Below the pieces are notes generated by a model. It searched no databases. It saw only the letters and a program-made list of their open reading frames with translations, and was not told the DNA's origin. A program made the translations under genes and the position numbers. Shown piece after piece: positions 38,214 to 48,205 of a stretch of 64,000 nt of DNA. Source of the DNA: Candidatus Moraniibacteriota bacterium (lineage in GTDB: Bacteria > Patescibacteriota > Minisyncoccia > Moranbacterales > GCA-2747515); assembly GCA_040772365.1 (NCBI GenBank), contig JAXGYI010000007.1:5752-69751 (forward strand). The letters run 5' to 3'. Positions within the stretch are counted from its first letter, which is position 1, and every line of letters begins with the position of its first letter.

Positions 38214-40124
38214 ATGCCTCTCTTCACACGTACAAATGTCCCATCACTCATCGGTATCACTTGTGCCGTAATAATATTTGGTATAGCCGGATTCTTCCAT
38301 CTTGGACAATTTGAAACTGCCGACGAGCATCTATGGAAATATGATCGTGTTCCACAATACTGGCAGGCACTTGCAGCCCGTGATTGGGCGAAAACGTACA
38401 TCAACGACAAGCCTGGTGTTACCGTGGCACTATTTTCCGGTATTGGCTTACTATATGAACCCAACCCAAACGCCACACAATTCGCACCACACCCACACAG
38501 CACATCCGACGATGCGCCATCGTTCAAAAAATACGACACAATCAAATCGGAAGCTGTCAATGTCGCATTTCGTGCCCCCATCATTATTCTCGGAATGCTC
38601 ACCATCATTGGGATCTTCCTCCTGTTGCGCATTGCCTTTGACACACGCGTTGCAGCGCTTGCTGCGCTTCTCATCGGCACCAACCCTATCCTCATCGGCA
38701 TGTCACAGATCATCAATCCGGACGCATTTTTTTGGATGTTTGGCGCATTAGGTATTGCCGCCTATTTGGCGCTAGTGCGCACTAGCGCCACACGCTATGT
38801 GCTATTGACTGGTATTTTCACAGGATTTGCCCTGCTCTCCAAATACACGTCATTCACCCTCTTTGTATTTTACATCCTCATCAGCATCAGTGCCCTCCTT
38901 TTTGACAAACCGCTTAAAAAAACAACTATTGCGACATACGTCACGACATTCACGATCCGGCTTTCTGCTATTGCGGCTATTGCCTTTAGCACATTCATCA
39001 TCTTTCTTCCCGCGTCTATTGCAAGACCGGAAATCATTCTGCGTGGCATTGGACAGTTTTTACCAGAAGGAAGAGCAGTGCCAGTAGTCCTTGCTCTTAT
39101 GGCAGTAATTATTGGCGCATGGTACATACTCACACGCTATGGCGAACGCATATTACACACTCTACGTACCTATGCCATGCACAGTGCCGTTGTTGTAAGC
39201 ATGCTCTTCCTTGGCACAATTGGTTTCGCTCTGCTCAACACCTGGACCGGACAACGCATCATTCCATTTGACAATCTCCGTGGTGCCGTCTATGCCAATG
39301 AGCCAGCACGATTTAACTTCAAGCCCTACATTCACTCTACTGCAAAAAAAGAAAAGCGCGTTAAAGCCTACTTCACCAACGCTTACCCCCTCACGTTCTC
39401 CCTCACACCGATCATCTTTTTTTCTGCCATACTTGGCGGCGCGTGGTTCACACTACATCGACGTCACGCTAATCAGCGCATTCGGATATTCTTTGTCACC
39501 CTTGCCACATTCACGCTCATCTATCTCCTCCTTACTGTGAAGGCAAAGGTGATTATTAATGTGCGCTATACCATTCTCCTCTATCCACTTTTTGCCATCC
39601 TTGCGGCACTAGTCATCGATCACCTCGTCACACGCTATAGTGCAAGAATACACCATGCTACATCATGGACCCTTGCCATCCTCCTACTCATTGGTGCTGG
39701 CACGCTCTGGCACATTGCGCCATTCTACTTTAGCTACGCCACAAATCTCTTGCCACGCGCATTTTCCATTCATGACTCGTGGGGGCATGGTGGTTATGAA
39801 GCAGCGCAGTACCTCAACAACCTCCCCAATGCACAAGATCTCATCATCTACTCCAACAGCAGCGCTCCCTGTCGCTTCTTTGTTGGCACGTGCCTCACAA
39901 GCCGTAAAATTGACCTTGCTGTCGTTACGCCGGATTACTTTGTCATGAACAAGCGTGATATCCTTAAAGAGCGCAATCGCATCATCCTCCTCAACAATCC
40001 CGAGCCAGAAAAAGACGCCAACTACTATATTGATAACCTCTCAACCAAAGCCATCTGGCGCCTAGACATCCTCAATCGACCAACAAACTTCGTTTCCATT
40101 ATTCCTTATGAGCGTCCCCACTAA
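38214..40124 (+). CDS. GT-C fold membrane glycosyltransferase, paralog B2 (636 aa)
   Basis: FFHLGQFETADEHLWKYDRVPQYWQALAARDWAKTYINDKPGVTVALFSG, which is paralogous to ORF 35922. The two genes are in tandem, 12 nt apart. Confidence 0.6.
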   Translation: MPLFTRTNVPSLIGITCAVIIFGIAGFFHLGQFETADEHLWKYDRVPQYWQALAARDWAKTYINDKPGVTVALFSGIGLLYEPNPNATQFAPHPHSTSDDAPSFKKYDTIKSEAVNVAFRAPIIILGMLTIIGIFLLLRIAFDTRVAALAALLIGTNPILIGMSQIINPDAFFWMFGALGIAAYLALVRTSATRYVLLTGIFTGFALLSKYTSFTLFVFYILISISALLFDKPLKKTTIATYVTTFTIRLSAIAAIAFSTFIIFLPASIARPEIILRGIGQFLPEGRAVPVVLALMAVIIGAWYILTRYGERILHTLRTYAMHSAVVVSMLFLGTIGFALLNTWTGQRIIPFDNLRGAVYANEPARFNFKPYIHSTAKKEKRVKAYFTNAYPLTFSLTPIIFFSAILGGAWFTLHRRHANQRIRIFFVTLATFTLIYLLLTVKAKVIINVRYTILLYPLFAILAALVIDHLVTRYSARIHHATSWTLAILLLIGAGTLWHIAPFYFSYATNLLPRAFSIHDSWGHGGYEAAQYLNNLPNAQDLIIYSNSSAPCRFFVGTCLTSRKIDLAVVTPDYFVMNKRDILKERNRIILLNNPEPEKDANYYIDNLSTKAIWRLDILNRPTNFVSIIPYERPH

Positions 40125-41718
40125 TACACCTACAACATCACCACGCTTCCGTGCACAGTCACTATTTGTACTGGCGCTACTTGCTGTAATTGTTTGTGGA
40201 TCCTTCCTACGTCTTGACGATTTTCACGATCGTATACGCTTCAATAACGATCAAGTACGCGACACCGGTATCGTGATAGACATGCTGACAACGGGCACTA
40301 TGCCCCTCCTGGGTCCAAAGGCTGGCGGCACAACGTTTCAGCTCGGCCCCGCCTTCTACTACATCCTTGCTTTTTCCGGTGCCGTCTTTGGCGCCACACC
40401 GGAAGGCATTGCGTTCATCGTCCCACTTCTCTCCATTGCGACACTTCCACTCCTCTTTCTCTTTCTGCGTCGCTGCTTTGCTACGCGCATCGCACTACCA
40501 CTCACGCTCCTCGCCGCTACATCGTTTTTTCTCATTAAATACAGCCGCTTTGTGTGGAATCCCAATGTGATTCCCTTTTTCCTCCTCGCATTCCTTCTGA
40601 CGCTTCTGCGTACCATGGACCTCCCCGCTACAAAGCACACGTCGCTGTGGTGGTGGATCCTCCTCGGCGTCGTCACCGGCATCAGTATGCAGTTGCACAC
40701 CACACTCCTCATCATCATGCCACTTACCATCCTCATCATGCATATCGCCCGTCGCTTTTTACACGCCCAGCCCCTTCCCATTGCGCGACTTCTCTTGACC
40801 TTTGCCATCATTGTACTCCTCTTGTCTCCCATGATCATTTTTGACGTACGTAACAATGGTGCCAACAGCGCTGCATTTTTTGCTGGATCCGCCAAAAAAA
40901 CATCCCTCGGATCTACCGTCAACAATGCCATTCATGTTGCACAATTCTTTGGACAAGGCAGTATCTATGTCCTCACTGGCACGGAACCCACACGTGACTG
41001 GACGGCACCGCGCAAACTCATTGCTCACCCATTTCAACTTCTACTCGCTGGATGTGGCATCATGCTATGCACCGTGGGCACCATTGTCACATTCTTCGCC
41101 ATGCGTCACAGCGGCAATACCCGACGCACACATGCGCTCGCCGCCACCCTCTGCATCAGTGCCTTGCACATCCTCATCCTCTTCCCCATCGGCGATACCC
41201 TGCAAACACGCTTTTTCCTTACGCTCTTCTTTGTCCCATTTGTGTGGCTGGGACTGTTCGCCGAACACCTCATTCTTCGCATCCGCGGAACCGTATCTAC
41301 GCGCATCATCTATAGCACACTCGCTATTGCATACCTCGCACTCATTGCTGGAAACCTCTCCACCTACCGTACTGCATATGCCTTTGATCCAAAAACAAAA
41401 AATGCTAGTCTCTACGGTGGTATTAGTCTCGGCGAACTACACGGTATCGTTGATGTCATAACGCAAAACACGAAAACGAACACTCCCGCCTATCTTCTCC
41501 CACACGCCTATGGACGCTCCGTGCGCTTTATTGCCACACATCGCGGTGATGTACGCGTGGAAACTGCCGATGCGGAAACCCTCCCTTCCGGCACAATAGC
41601 ATTTTTCCTCTCCGATAAACCGGATGCCCGCTTATCGGACACTCTTGCAGAAGCGTTCACAGAAAAACACCACGACACCGTAAAACGGTGGCACGTATTT
41701 ACACTTGAAAAGCGCTAG
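40108..41718 (+). CDS. GT-C fold membrane glycosyltransferase, paralog A2 (536 aa)
   Basis: FLRLDDFHDRIRFNNDQVRDTGIV...GPKAGGTTFQLGPAFYY...SRFVWNPN. A close paralog of ORF 32175. Overlaps the upstream gene by 17 nt. Confidence 0.6.
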   Translation: MSVPTNTPTTSPRFRAQSLFVLALLAVIVCGSFLRLDDFHDRIRFNNDQVRDTGIVIDMLTTGTMPLLGPKAGGTTFQLGPAFYYILAFSGAVFGATPEGIAFIVPLLSIATLPLLFLFLRRCFATRIALPLTLLAATSFFLIKYSRFVWNPNVIPFFLLAFLLTLLRTMDLPATKHTSLWWWILLGVVTGISMQLHTTLLIIMPLTILIMHIARRFLHAQPLPIARLLLTFAIIVLLLSPMIIFDVRNNGANSAAFFAGSAKKTSLGSTVNNAIHVAQFFGQGSIYVLTGTEPTRDWTAPRKLIAHPFQLLLAGCGIMLCTVGTIVTFFAMRHSGNTRRTHALAATLCISALHILILFPIGDTLQTRFFLTLFFVPFVWLGLFAEHLILRIRGTVSTRIIYSTLAIAYLALIAGNLSTYRTAYAFDPKTKNASLYGGISLGELHGIVDVITQNTKTNTPAYLLPHAYGRSVRFIATHRGDVRVETADAETLPSGTIAFFLSDKPDARLSDTLAEAFTEKHHDTVKRWHVFTLEKR

Positions 41719-42458
41719 TGCGTGCCGTCGCTACGTCGCCTGTGACGATATGCTAACCGCGCATATGGGCGCGGCTGTACTACCTCGCACCAATGCCGGT
41801 ACTGTTGCACAAGACCCCATAAACCAAGTCCGTGCGAATGATAAACGCTGAAGCGCGCATCGCACACAATTGTATAGCCGCGCTCTATCCAGTGACGCGC
41901 CCACGCACGATCCTCGCCACCACCAGCATACGCTTCATCAATTGGATACTGCTCCCATAGATCTCGTCGAATCAGCGCATTGGTAAATCCCAAAACACCC
42001 ATACCAGCGCGATGCACATAGCGAACGCGCCCGCGCGCAATCTGTCGGCGCCCTCTATATTCATTAAACAAGAATTTTTCCCATATGCCAGCATCCTGAT
42101 GCGCCCACACATTGCCATACACACCGGCAATGCTTTGATGCGTAAAATGCGCAATGCCATCAGCAAGCCATGTTGCAGATATTGGTATGCTGTGTCCGCT
42201 TAAAATAAGGAAATACGTTGTCGCTCGCGCCGCACGACACCCGACGTTGATGGCATGCGGATACGTGAATGATTCTGGCGCAATGTGCACAATGCGTGCG
42301 CCATGCACCCGCGCAATCTCCAGCGTGGCATCTGTGGAGCCCGAGTCCACTACAAGCACCTCAAAATCGCGATCCGTCTGTTGCGCCAACATCTCCATCA
42401 CGTGCGGCAATTTCTGCGCTTCATTTTTTGTGCGAATGATGATGCTTGTACGAGCCAT
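41715..42458 (-). CDS. GT2 family glycosyltransferase (soluble GT-A)
   Basis: N-terminal SIIIRTKNEAQKLPHVMEMLAQQTDRDFEVLVVDSGSTDAT, which is typical of GT2. No C-terminal TM region. Confidence 0.65.
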   Translation of the reverse strand: MARTSIIIRTKNEAQKLPHVMEMLAQQTDRDFEVLVVDSGSTDATLEIARVHGARIVHIAPESFTYPHAINVGCRAARATTYFLILSGHSIPISATWLADGIAHFTHQSIAGVYGNVWAHQDAGIWEKFLFNEYRGRRQIARGRVRYVHRAGMGVLGFTNALIRRDLWEQYPIDEAYAGGGEDRAWARHWIERGYTIVCDARFSVYHSHGLGLWGLVQQYRHWCEVVQPRPYARLAYRHRRRSDGTH

Positions 42459-42467
42459 AACACTTCT

Positions 42468-43073
42468 TTACTTCACCACCTCCTCAAACACCTCTGCCGT
42501 TGTGCGCTTCTTGAACACGCTCATGATAGTGATGATGAGAATCGCCACACCAAACGCCACCCACCCGGCATAAGTAATGTACTTCTCAATTTGCACATAC
42601 ATGTATCCAAAAAAGTATCCCAATACCACAAGCGCACTACTCCACGCAATGCCTCCCAAAAAGGAAAACCACACAAAACGCCATAACGGCATTTTCACTA
42701 CACCGGCCGTCACAAATGCCGCCCAGCACAACCCCGTCGTCGCCTTGACCATGATAATTGTCTTGCCGCCGTGTTGTTCGAAAAATTTCTCCAAACGAAA
42801 GATGAGGAGGTGCGTCATGCCAATATACTTGCCCACCGTCGTCACAAACCGCATCCCCCACCGATAGCCCATGCCATACAGCACCACGTCGCCAATAATA
42901 TCGCCCGCAATGGACAGCACCAGCACTACCCACACATTCAGCATACCAATAGACGCCAAAAACGCGCCGATGAGTGTCACAATCGGCCCCTCAATGATCA
43001 TCAGCGGCAGCAATATCGCATAGCCGTATGTACTCACATACGTCGCAATAACTTGTTCCGTCATAAAACTCAA
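42468..43073 (-). CDS. DedA-family membrane protein (TVP38/TMEM64/SNARE-associated domain)
   Basis: DedA signature region GDIIGDVVLYGMGYRWG and the expected TM topology. Confidence 0.65.
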   Translation of the reverse strand: MSFMTEQVIATYVSTYGYAILLPLMIIEGPIVTLIGAFLASIGMLNVWVVLVLSIAGDIIGDVVLYGMGYRWGMRFVTTVGKYIGMTHLLIFRLEKFFEQHGGKTIIMVKATTGLCWAAFVTAGVVKMPLWRFVWFSFLGGIAWSSALVVLGYFFGYMYVQIEKYITYAGWVAFGVAILIITIMSVFKKRTTAEVFEEVVK

Positions 43074-43418
43074 TCAATTACTGCCTCTACAGCAAGTATA
43101 GAGAATAACACACTCTTGTGCAAGAACTCTACAATAAAAAACATCCCTATCTGCGCACAGATAGGGGTTTTGCTTATACATTCGTTTACTTCCGGTGCTC
43201 ACAACATTATATTTCCCCCATCCCTTTGGAGCGGGTTTACATATGATAGTGTGAGTGCCGCAATAAATATATGTGTCATCTTTAGAAGCAGTGGTAACTG
43301 CTGTTCTTCCGGCAACTGTGATGGTTTTATGCAGAATAATGCGCGGTATCTTGCCATTTTCATCTGGTGTATAATAATTTTTTGTAATATCAAACCAGTC
43401 CGTTGTGCGGATACTCAC
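43074..43418 (-). CDS. Hypothetical Cys-rich small protein
   Basis: 114-aa ORF. No family recognised. Confidence 0.3.
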   Translation of the reverse strand: MSIRTTDWFDITKNYYTPDENGKIPRIILHKTITVAGRTAVTTASKDDTYIYCGTHTIICKPAPKGWGKYNVVSTGSKRMYKQNPYLCADRDVFYCRVLAQECVILYTCCRGSN

Positions 43419-43635
43419 AGATGAATTTCAACGCGGATTTTCACGTTCTTTTATGATAACAACAAACCGTCGCAGCGTATCTATTTCTACTTGTCGCTGC
43501 CGCCTGTACTATTTTTTCTGGTCCGATCTTGCAGATCGGATCATGTGTTCACATCAGTGGACCCTGCTCCGACAAAAATCCGGTCCGAAAAAGCATATGT
43601 TCTATATGGCAGTGGACATCATTGTGCCACAATAT

Positions 43636-43668
43636 AAAACACCGCATGTAACGTGCGGTGTTTTTTTG
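43636..43668. terminator. Bidirectional rho-independent terminator at the end of the ribosomal protein operon, immediately after rplO
   Basis: AAAACACCGCA-tgtaacg-TGCGGTGTTTTTTT. The A-run and T-run on either side make it usable in both directions. Confidence 0.65.
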
Positions 43669-43678
43669 GTGTGTAAGA

Positions 43679-44101
43679 TTATTTTTTGCCAAACGCTTTC
43701 TGTGCAGCCGTGGTCGCCTTCACCGTTTCTGTGTCAATGGTGAGCTTCTTGGTCAGCTTTCCCGTGGCAACCACCTTCACACCGTGACGCGCCGTCTTGG
43801 TGCGCACGAGACCTTTGTCAAGTAGTGTGGCAAGTGATACCGTTTCGCCGTCGCTGTAGGCGCGATCAATGTGCGCCAATGTGATCACATTCATCTTGGG
43901 ATGCGGTGATGCAAAACCACGAATTTTTTTCATCGTGTCCACAAGACTGGTGCGACCGCCTTCAAAGAGTGGATTCACATTGCCACCACTACGCGCTTTT
44001 TGCCCTTTGCAGCCGCGTCCGCTATATGTGCCGCGCTTACCGCCACGTCCGATGGTTTTCTTTGTCTTGCGTGCGGGCGCTGTGACTTCATGAATTTGCA
44101 T
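43679..44101 (-). CDS. rplO: 50S ribosomal protein L15
   Basis: MQIHEVTAPARKTKKTIGRGGKRGTYSGRGCKGQKARSGG. Confidence 0.9.
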   Translation of the reverse strand: MQIHEVTAPARKTKKTIGRGGKRGTYSGRGCKGQKARSGGNVNPLFEGGRTSLVDTMKKIRGFASPHPKMNVITLAHIDRAYSDGETVSLATLLDKGLVRTKTARHGVKVVATGKLTKKLTIDTETVKATTAAQKAFGKK

Positions 44102-44106
44102 ATCGT

Positions 44107-44781
44107 TTACGCTTTACGAGTTGATGTGGTGCGCTTAGTTGTCACCTTCTTTACTGATGATTTTTTAGTAGATACTTTTTTTGCTGGTGCTTTTTTCTTT
44201 GACTCTGATGCACTTACAGCTTTTTTTGTAACTTTTTTTGCAGCCATCTTCTTCCCCTTGACTGCCTGTGTACGCTGCGATTTCACTTCTTCTACGCCAT
44301 CGGCACTGTCCAATGTTTTGAGTGCCTCCACTGTTGCACGCGCCACATTGAGCTTATTGGAACAACCAAGTGATTTCGATACAACATCGCGAATGCCCAC
44401 AAGGTCCATCACCGCGCGAATTGCACCACCAGCGATCACACCACGCCCCTCTTTATTTGGTTTAAGAATCACGCGGGCACTTCCAAGTTTTGCAGACGTT
44501 TCATAAGGAATTGTCGTACCAGAGAGAGGGACGGTAATCATATTTTTTTTAGCATCTGCAGTCGCCTTCTGCATTGCTGTTGAAACATCAGCACCCTTTG
44601 CCACACCAACACCAACCTTGCCTTTGCGATTACCTACAACAACCGTTGCACGAAAGCGAAAACGACGACCGCCCTTCACCACACGCGTCACGCGCGCGAG
44701 GTCAAGCATCTGCGTATCAAATTCTGATTTTGGTCGGCGACCGGGTCTTCCTGATTTTTTGTGATCTTTCTTAAATGCCAT
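44107..44781 (-). CDS. rpsE: 30S ribosomal protein S5 with a C-terminal Lys/Ala-rich tail
   Basis: GGRRFRFRATVVVGN...VAKG...ILKPNKEGRGVIAGGAIRAVMDLVGIRD. Only 5 nt separate it from rplO, so there is no L30 gene. Confidence 0.9.
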   Translation of the reverse strand: MAFKKDHKKSGRPGRRPKSEFDTQMLDLARVTRVVKGGRRFRFRATVVVGNRKGKVGVGVAKGADVSTAMQKATADAKKNMITVPLSGTTIPYETSAKLGSARVILKPNKEGRGVIAGGAIRAVMDLVGIRDVVSKSLGCSNKLNVARATVEALKTLDSADGVEEVKSQRTQAVKGKKMAAKKVTKKAVSASESKKKAPAKKVSTKKSSVKKVTTKRTTSTRKA

Positions 44782-44814
44782 AGAGTGTTAATTTAGTATG
44801 CAAATATGCAAAAA

Positions 44815-45165
44815 TTAAAATTGCAACCCACCTTTGCGTGCGGCTTCTGCAAGTGCTTTGACTTTACCATGATATTTATAGCCAGCGCGATCAAATACGA
44901 CGGTAGTAATATGATGGTCTTTTGCTTTCTTGGCAATGAGTGCACCAAGCTGCGCTGCGCCATCTACAGTATGACGTGCACCTTTCACTTCTGCCAGATG
45001 CGCACTCACAAGCGTTGTCTGCGTTGTATCATCAATAATTTGCGCTGATAGAGAACGTAGAGAACGGAAAACGCGCAAACGCGGCCGTTCTGGTGTGCCT
45101 GTCACTGTTGCGCGTGCACGTCGTGCACGGTGGAGTCTTTTACTGTTGCGAGTCATAATGTTCAT
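44815..45165 (-). CDS. rplR: 50S ribosomal protein L18
   Basis: RARRARATVTGTPERPRLRVFRSLR.... Confidence 0.9.
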   Translation of the reverse strand: MNIMTRNSKRLHRARRARATVTGTPERPRLRVFRSLRSLSAQIIDDTTQTTLVSAHLAEVKGARHTVDGAAQLGALIAKKAKDHHITTVVFDRAGYKYHGKVKALAEAARKGGLQF

Positions 45166-45203
45166 ACGTATATACTACTAGAGACGAGAATAAATAAATG
45201 GAA

Positions 45204-45743
45204 CTAGGCTGCGGACGCTTTTTTACCCTCCTTACGCCGCACCTGCTCATCGACATACTTGAAGCCCTTGCCTTTATAGGGCTCCATTTTTTTCAACGCG
45301 CGAATGTCAGCAGCAAATTGCCCAACATGTTGCTTATCAATACCGGCAATCGTCATCACATGCCCTTCAATCGTCACGGTAAGATCATCCGGAATTGGCA
45401 CAACAACTGGATGAGAAAACCCTAAGGCTAAATCTACTGTCTTACCCTTCACTGCCATACGGTATCCCACACCACTCAGCTCTAGCTGCTTTGTAAAACC
45501 TTCTGTCACACCGACAATCATGTTCTCAATGATGCGCGCCATTGTGCCCCACATTGCCTGTGCAATTTGCGCATTATGCTTTTTTTCCACGATTACACCA
45601 TCATCCGTCACTTTTACAGTAACAGCATTGTGCACCGGCGCAGAAAGTGTGCCTTTCGTACCTTTTACTTCCACTGTAGTTGGTGTAGCCGTCACGGTCA
45701 CACCACTCGGGATTGCAATTGTTCTTTGTCCAATACGACTCAT
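45204..45743 (-). CDS. rplF: 50S ribosomal protein L6
   Basis: MSRIGQRTIAIPSGVTVTATPTTVEVKGTKGTL. Confidence 0.9.
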   Translation of the reverse strand: MSRIGQRTIAIPSGVTVTATPTTVEVKGTKGTLSAPVHNAVTVKVTDDGVIVEKKHNAQIAQAMWGTMARIIENMIVGVTEGFTKQLELSGVGYRMAVKGKTVDLALGFSHPVVVPIPDDLTVTIEGHVMTIAGIDKQHVGQFAADIRALKKMEPYKGKGFKYVDEQVRRKEGKKASAA

Positions 45744-45767
45744 ACGCTTATACGTTGTACTTTTGAA

Positions 45768-46202
45768 TTACCACAACTCACAAATCAACTCGCCACCCAA
45801 TCCGCGCTTACGCGCTTCTTTGCCACTCATCACACCCTGCGATGTCGATACCACTGCGAGTCCGTAACCACTACGCACCTGATGCAGGTCTGTTTTTTTG
45901 ACATACCTACGCTGTCCCTGACGGCTAACTTGTCGTAAGCCCTCAATACCCGGGCGACGACGCGTTGCGCTGACTTGCTCATACTTCAATGTGATGCGAA
46001 TCATCTCACGACCAGCAGTTGTCTCATCACAAACTACGTCTACGTTTTCCACAAAGCCCTCTTTTGCAAAGACCGTGGCAACGGCAAGTTTCAGTTTTGA
46101 CTTCGGCACAAGAACCGTCGCATGCCCTGCAGCGTGCGCGTTACGGATTCGTGTCAACATGTCGCTAATTGCATCGATCATAACCTTCGTATCATTAAAC
46201 AA
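45768..46202 (-). CDS. rpsH: 30S ribosomal protein S8
   Basis: MIDAISDMLTRIRNAHAAGHATV. The start may be the internal MIDA at about 46181. Confidence 0.9.
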   Translation of the reverse strand: MFNDTKVMIDAISDMLTRIRNAHAAGHATVLVPKSKLKLAVATVFAKEGFVENVDVVCDETTAGREMIRITLKYEQVSATRRRPGIEGLRQVSRQGQRRYVKKTDLHQVRSGYGLAVVSTSQGVMSGKEARKRGLGGELICELW

Positions 46203-46215
46203 ATATCATTGCGTA

Positions 46216-46401
46216 TTACCAACTACTTTTCTTTACGCCTGGCAATTCGCCTTTGCTCGCCAACTCACGGAAGCAAATCCGGCAGATCCCAAAATAGCGA
46301 AGATAGCCTTGCTTGCGGCCGCACTTCCAACAGCGCCGCACCTCCCGTGTGGAGAATTTCGGTTTCTTTTTTGCGCGAGCTTTGACTGATGTTTTTGCCA
46401 T
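46216..46401 (-). CDS. rpsZ: 30S ribosomal protein S14, zinc-binding type Z
   Basis: 61 aa, [23 protein letters not shown] (C4 motif). Confidence 0.9.
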   Translation of the reverse strand: MAKTSVKARAKKKPKFSTREVRRCWKCGRKQGYLRYFGICRICFRELASKGELPGVKKSSW

Positions 46402-46427
46402 ACGTCGTATACTAAATATCTAATAAA

Positions 46428-46985
46428 TTATTTCTTTTGCGTGAGAGGAAATCCCAACGCGCGAAAGAGTTTTTCCGCATCTTCCTTGGATTGTGCAGAA
46501 GTGACAATTGTTATCTGCATACCAAATGGATTTCGCACGTGCTCTGCAACAATTTCTGGAAAAATCGTGTGCTCTTTAATACCGATATTGAGATTGCCGC
46601 CCTGATCCACCGCTGTTGATGCAATACCCTGAAAATCACGAACACGTGGCAGTGCAGCGCCAACCAACCGATCCAGAAAATGCCACATACGCGCACCACG
46701 CAATGTCACTTTCATGCCAACATCCTGCCCCTCGCGAATTTTAAACCCTGCAATAGACTTCGCTGCCTTGGTATACACGGCCTTCTGTCCCGTAATTGCT
46801 GCGAGCGCTTCCTCCACCTCATCTAATCCTTCTGTATTTTTAAGAAATTTCCCAACACCAGTATTAATGACAACTTTACGAATCTTCGGCACAAGCATCA
46901 CATTCGCAAGACCGAGATCCTTTTGCAGATCCTTTTGGACATCATGATAGTGTTGTTTGATGGGTTTTACCATACTCATACTCAT
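46428..46985 (-). CDS. rplE: 50S ribosomal protein L5
   Basis: NVMLVPKIRKVVINTGVGK... Confidence 0.9.
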   Translation of the reverse strand: MSMSMVKPIKQHYHDVQKDLQKDLGLANVMLVPKIRKVVINTGVGKFLKNTEGLDEVEEALAAITGQKAVYTKAAKSIAGFKIREGQDVGMKVTLRGARMWHFLDRLVGAALPRVRDFQGIASTAVDQGGNLNIGIKEHTIFPEIVAEHVRNPFGMQITIVTSAQSKEDAEKLFRALGFPLTQKK

Positions 46986-46988
46986 GTA

Positions 46989-47300
46989 TTAGTCAATTTC
47001 TTTACCACTCTTTTTGGAAATACGCACCTTTGTGCCGTTCTTTACAACAAAACCTACGCGCGTCGGCTTGTCCGTATGCGGACACACCAGTGCAACATTG
47101 GATAGATCTAATGCAGACTCTGCTGTAATACGCTCACCTTTCGTCATATTCTTGCGTGCCTTCATGTGTCGCACTGCCATATTGACGCCTTTAACGACAA
47201 CTCTGCCGCTACGAGCATCCACAGCCAGTACCTCACCACGTTTTCCCTTATCTTTTCCGGCAATCACATGCACTGTATCGCCTTTCTTAATTTTATACAT
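46989..47300 (-). CDS. rplX: 50S ribosomal protein L24
   Basis: MYKIKKGDTVHVIAGKDKGKRGEVL. Confidence 0.9.
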   Translation of the reverse strand: MYKIKKGDTVHVIAGKDKGKRGEVLAVDARSGRVVVKGVNMAVRHMKARKNMTKGERITAESALDLSNVALVCPHTDKPTRVGFVVKNGTKVRISKKSGKEID

Positions 47301-47320
47301 AACTATTCTTAACTACGCGA

Positions 47321-47692
47321 TTACAATACCTCCGGCGCCAGCGATATAATCTTCCCGAATCCCTTTTCACGCAATTCACGTGCAACCGGTCCAAAAATAC
47401 GCGTTGCACGCGGCTCTTTGGTATTAGGGTCTACGATCACCGCAGCATTTTCATCAAAACGAATGTAGGAACCATCTTTCCGGCGCAGTGCTTTTTTTTG
47501 ACGCACAATCACAGCTTTCACCACATCACCAGATTTCACATTACCACGCGGCTCCGCTGACTTCACTGAAGCAACAATGATGTCACCGATCTGTGCATAG
47601 CGGCGCTTTGATCCACCAAGCACCTTAAAGCACTCAATGCTTTTCGCTCCCGAATTGTCGGCTACTGTGAGCCATGTTTCCGCCTGAATCAT
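47321..47692 (-). CDS. rplN: 50S ribosomal protein L14
   Basis: [17 protein letters not shown]. Confidence 0.9.
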   Translation of the reverse strand: MIQAETWLTVADNSGAKSIECFKVLGGSKRRYAQIGDIIVASVKSAEPRGNVKSGDVVKAVIVRQKKALRRKDGSYIRFDENAAVIVDPNTKEPRATRIFGPVARELREKGFGKIISLAPEVL

Positions 47693-47715
47693 ACAAACTG
47701 TGATTTACCTTAAAA

Positions 47716-47958
47716 TTACTTTGACACAACGACGAATCTCTTCTCTTTGCTTAATGGTCGGCATGCTGCAATCGTTACCACGTCACCTACTGCACAAGCA
47801 TTATCCTCATCATGCGCCTTGTACTTTTTAGTAGAGACGTATTTCTTCAAATACTTCGGATGCGTCTTAAAAGTATCCACAGCGACCACAACTGTTTTGT
47901 CCATTGCCGTGGACACCACTGTTCCCTTAAATGTCACTTTTTTTACTTCCTGTGTCAT
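47716..47958 (-). CDS. rpsQ: 30S ribosomal protein S17
   Basis: [31 protein letters not shown]. Confidence 0.9.
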   Translation of the reverse strand: MTQEVKKVTFKGTVVSTAMDKTVVVAVDTFKTHPKYLKKYVSTKKYKAHDEDNACAVGDVVTIAACRPLSKEKRFVVVSK

Positions 47959-47983
47959 ACGTGATTCGTAATTATCTAAAACG

Positions 47984-48169
47984 TTACTTCGTGCGCTTCT
48001 CGTGCAAAACCGTCAGAACGCGCGCCAAATCCTTTTTGCGTGTACCAATGTGCGCATGTTCACCGCGGCTCTGCGCATCCAACACCATCTGTGCCATATC
48101 CTTTTTGATGTGGTCACTCATGATGTGGAGTTCTTCTATTGACTTGTCGCGTAATTCTGATACGTTCAT
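47984..48169 (-). CDS. rpmC: 50S ribosomal protein L29
   Basis: [28 protein letters not shown]. Confidence 0.85.
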   Translation of the reverse strand: MNVSELRDKSIEELHIMSDHIKKDMAQMVLDAQSRGEHAHIGTRKKDLARVLTVLHEKRTK

Positions 48170-48205
48170 AGTTTCTTTTCTTTACCTTCAACATTAAATA
48201 CTACG

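Noticed and set aside
43405-43743. 112-aa plus-strand ORF
   Set aside because: It spans the rplO terminator hairpin and overlaps the rplO 3' end. Cys-rich nonsense composition.
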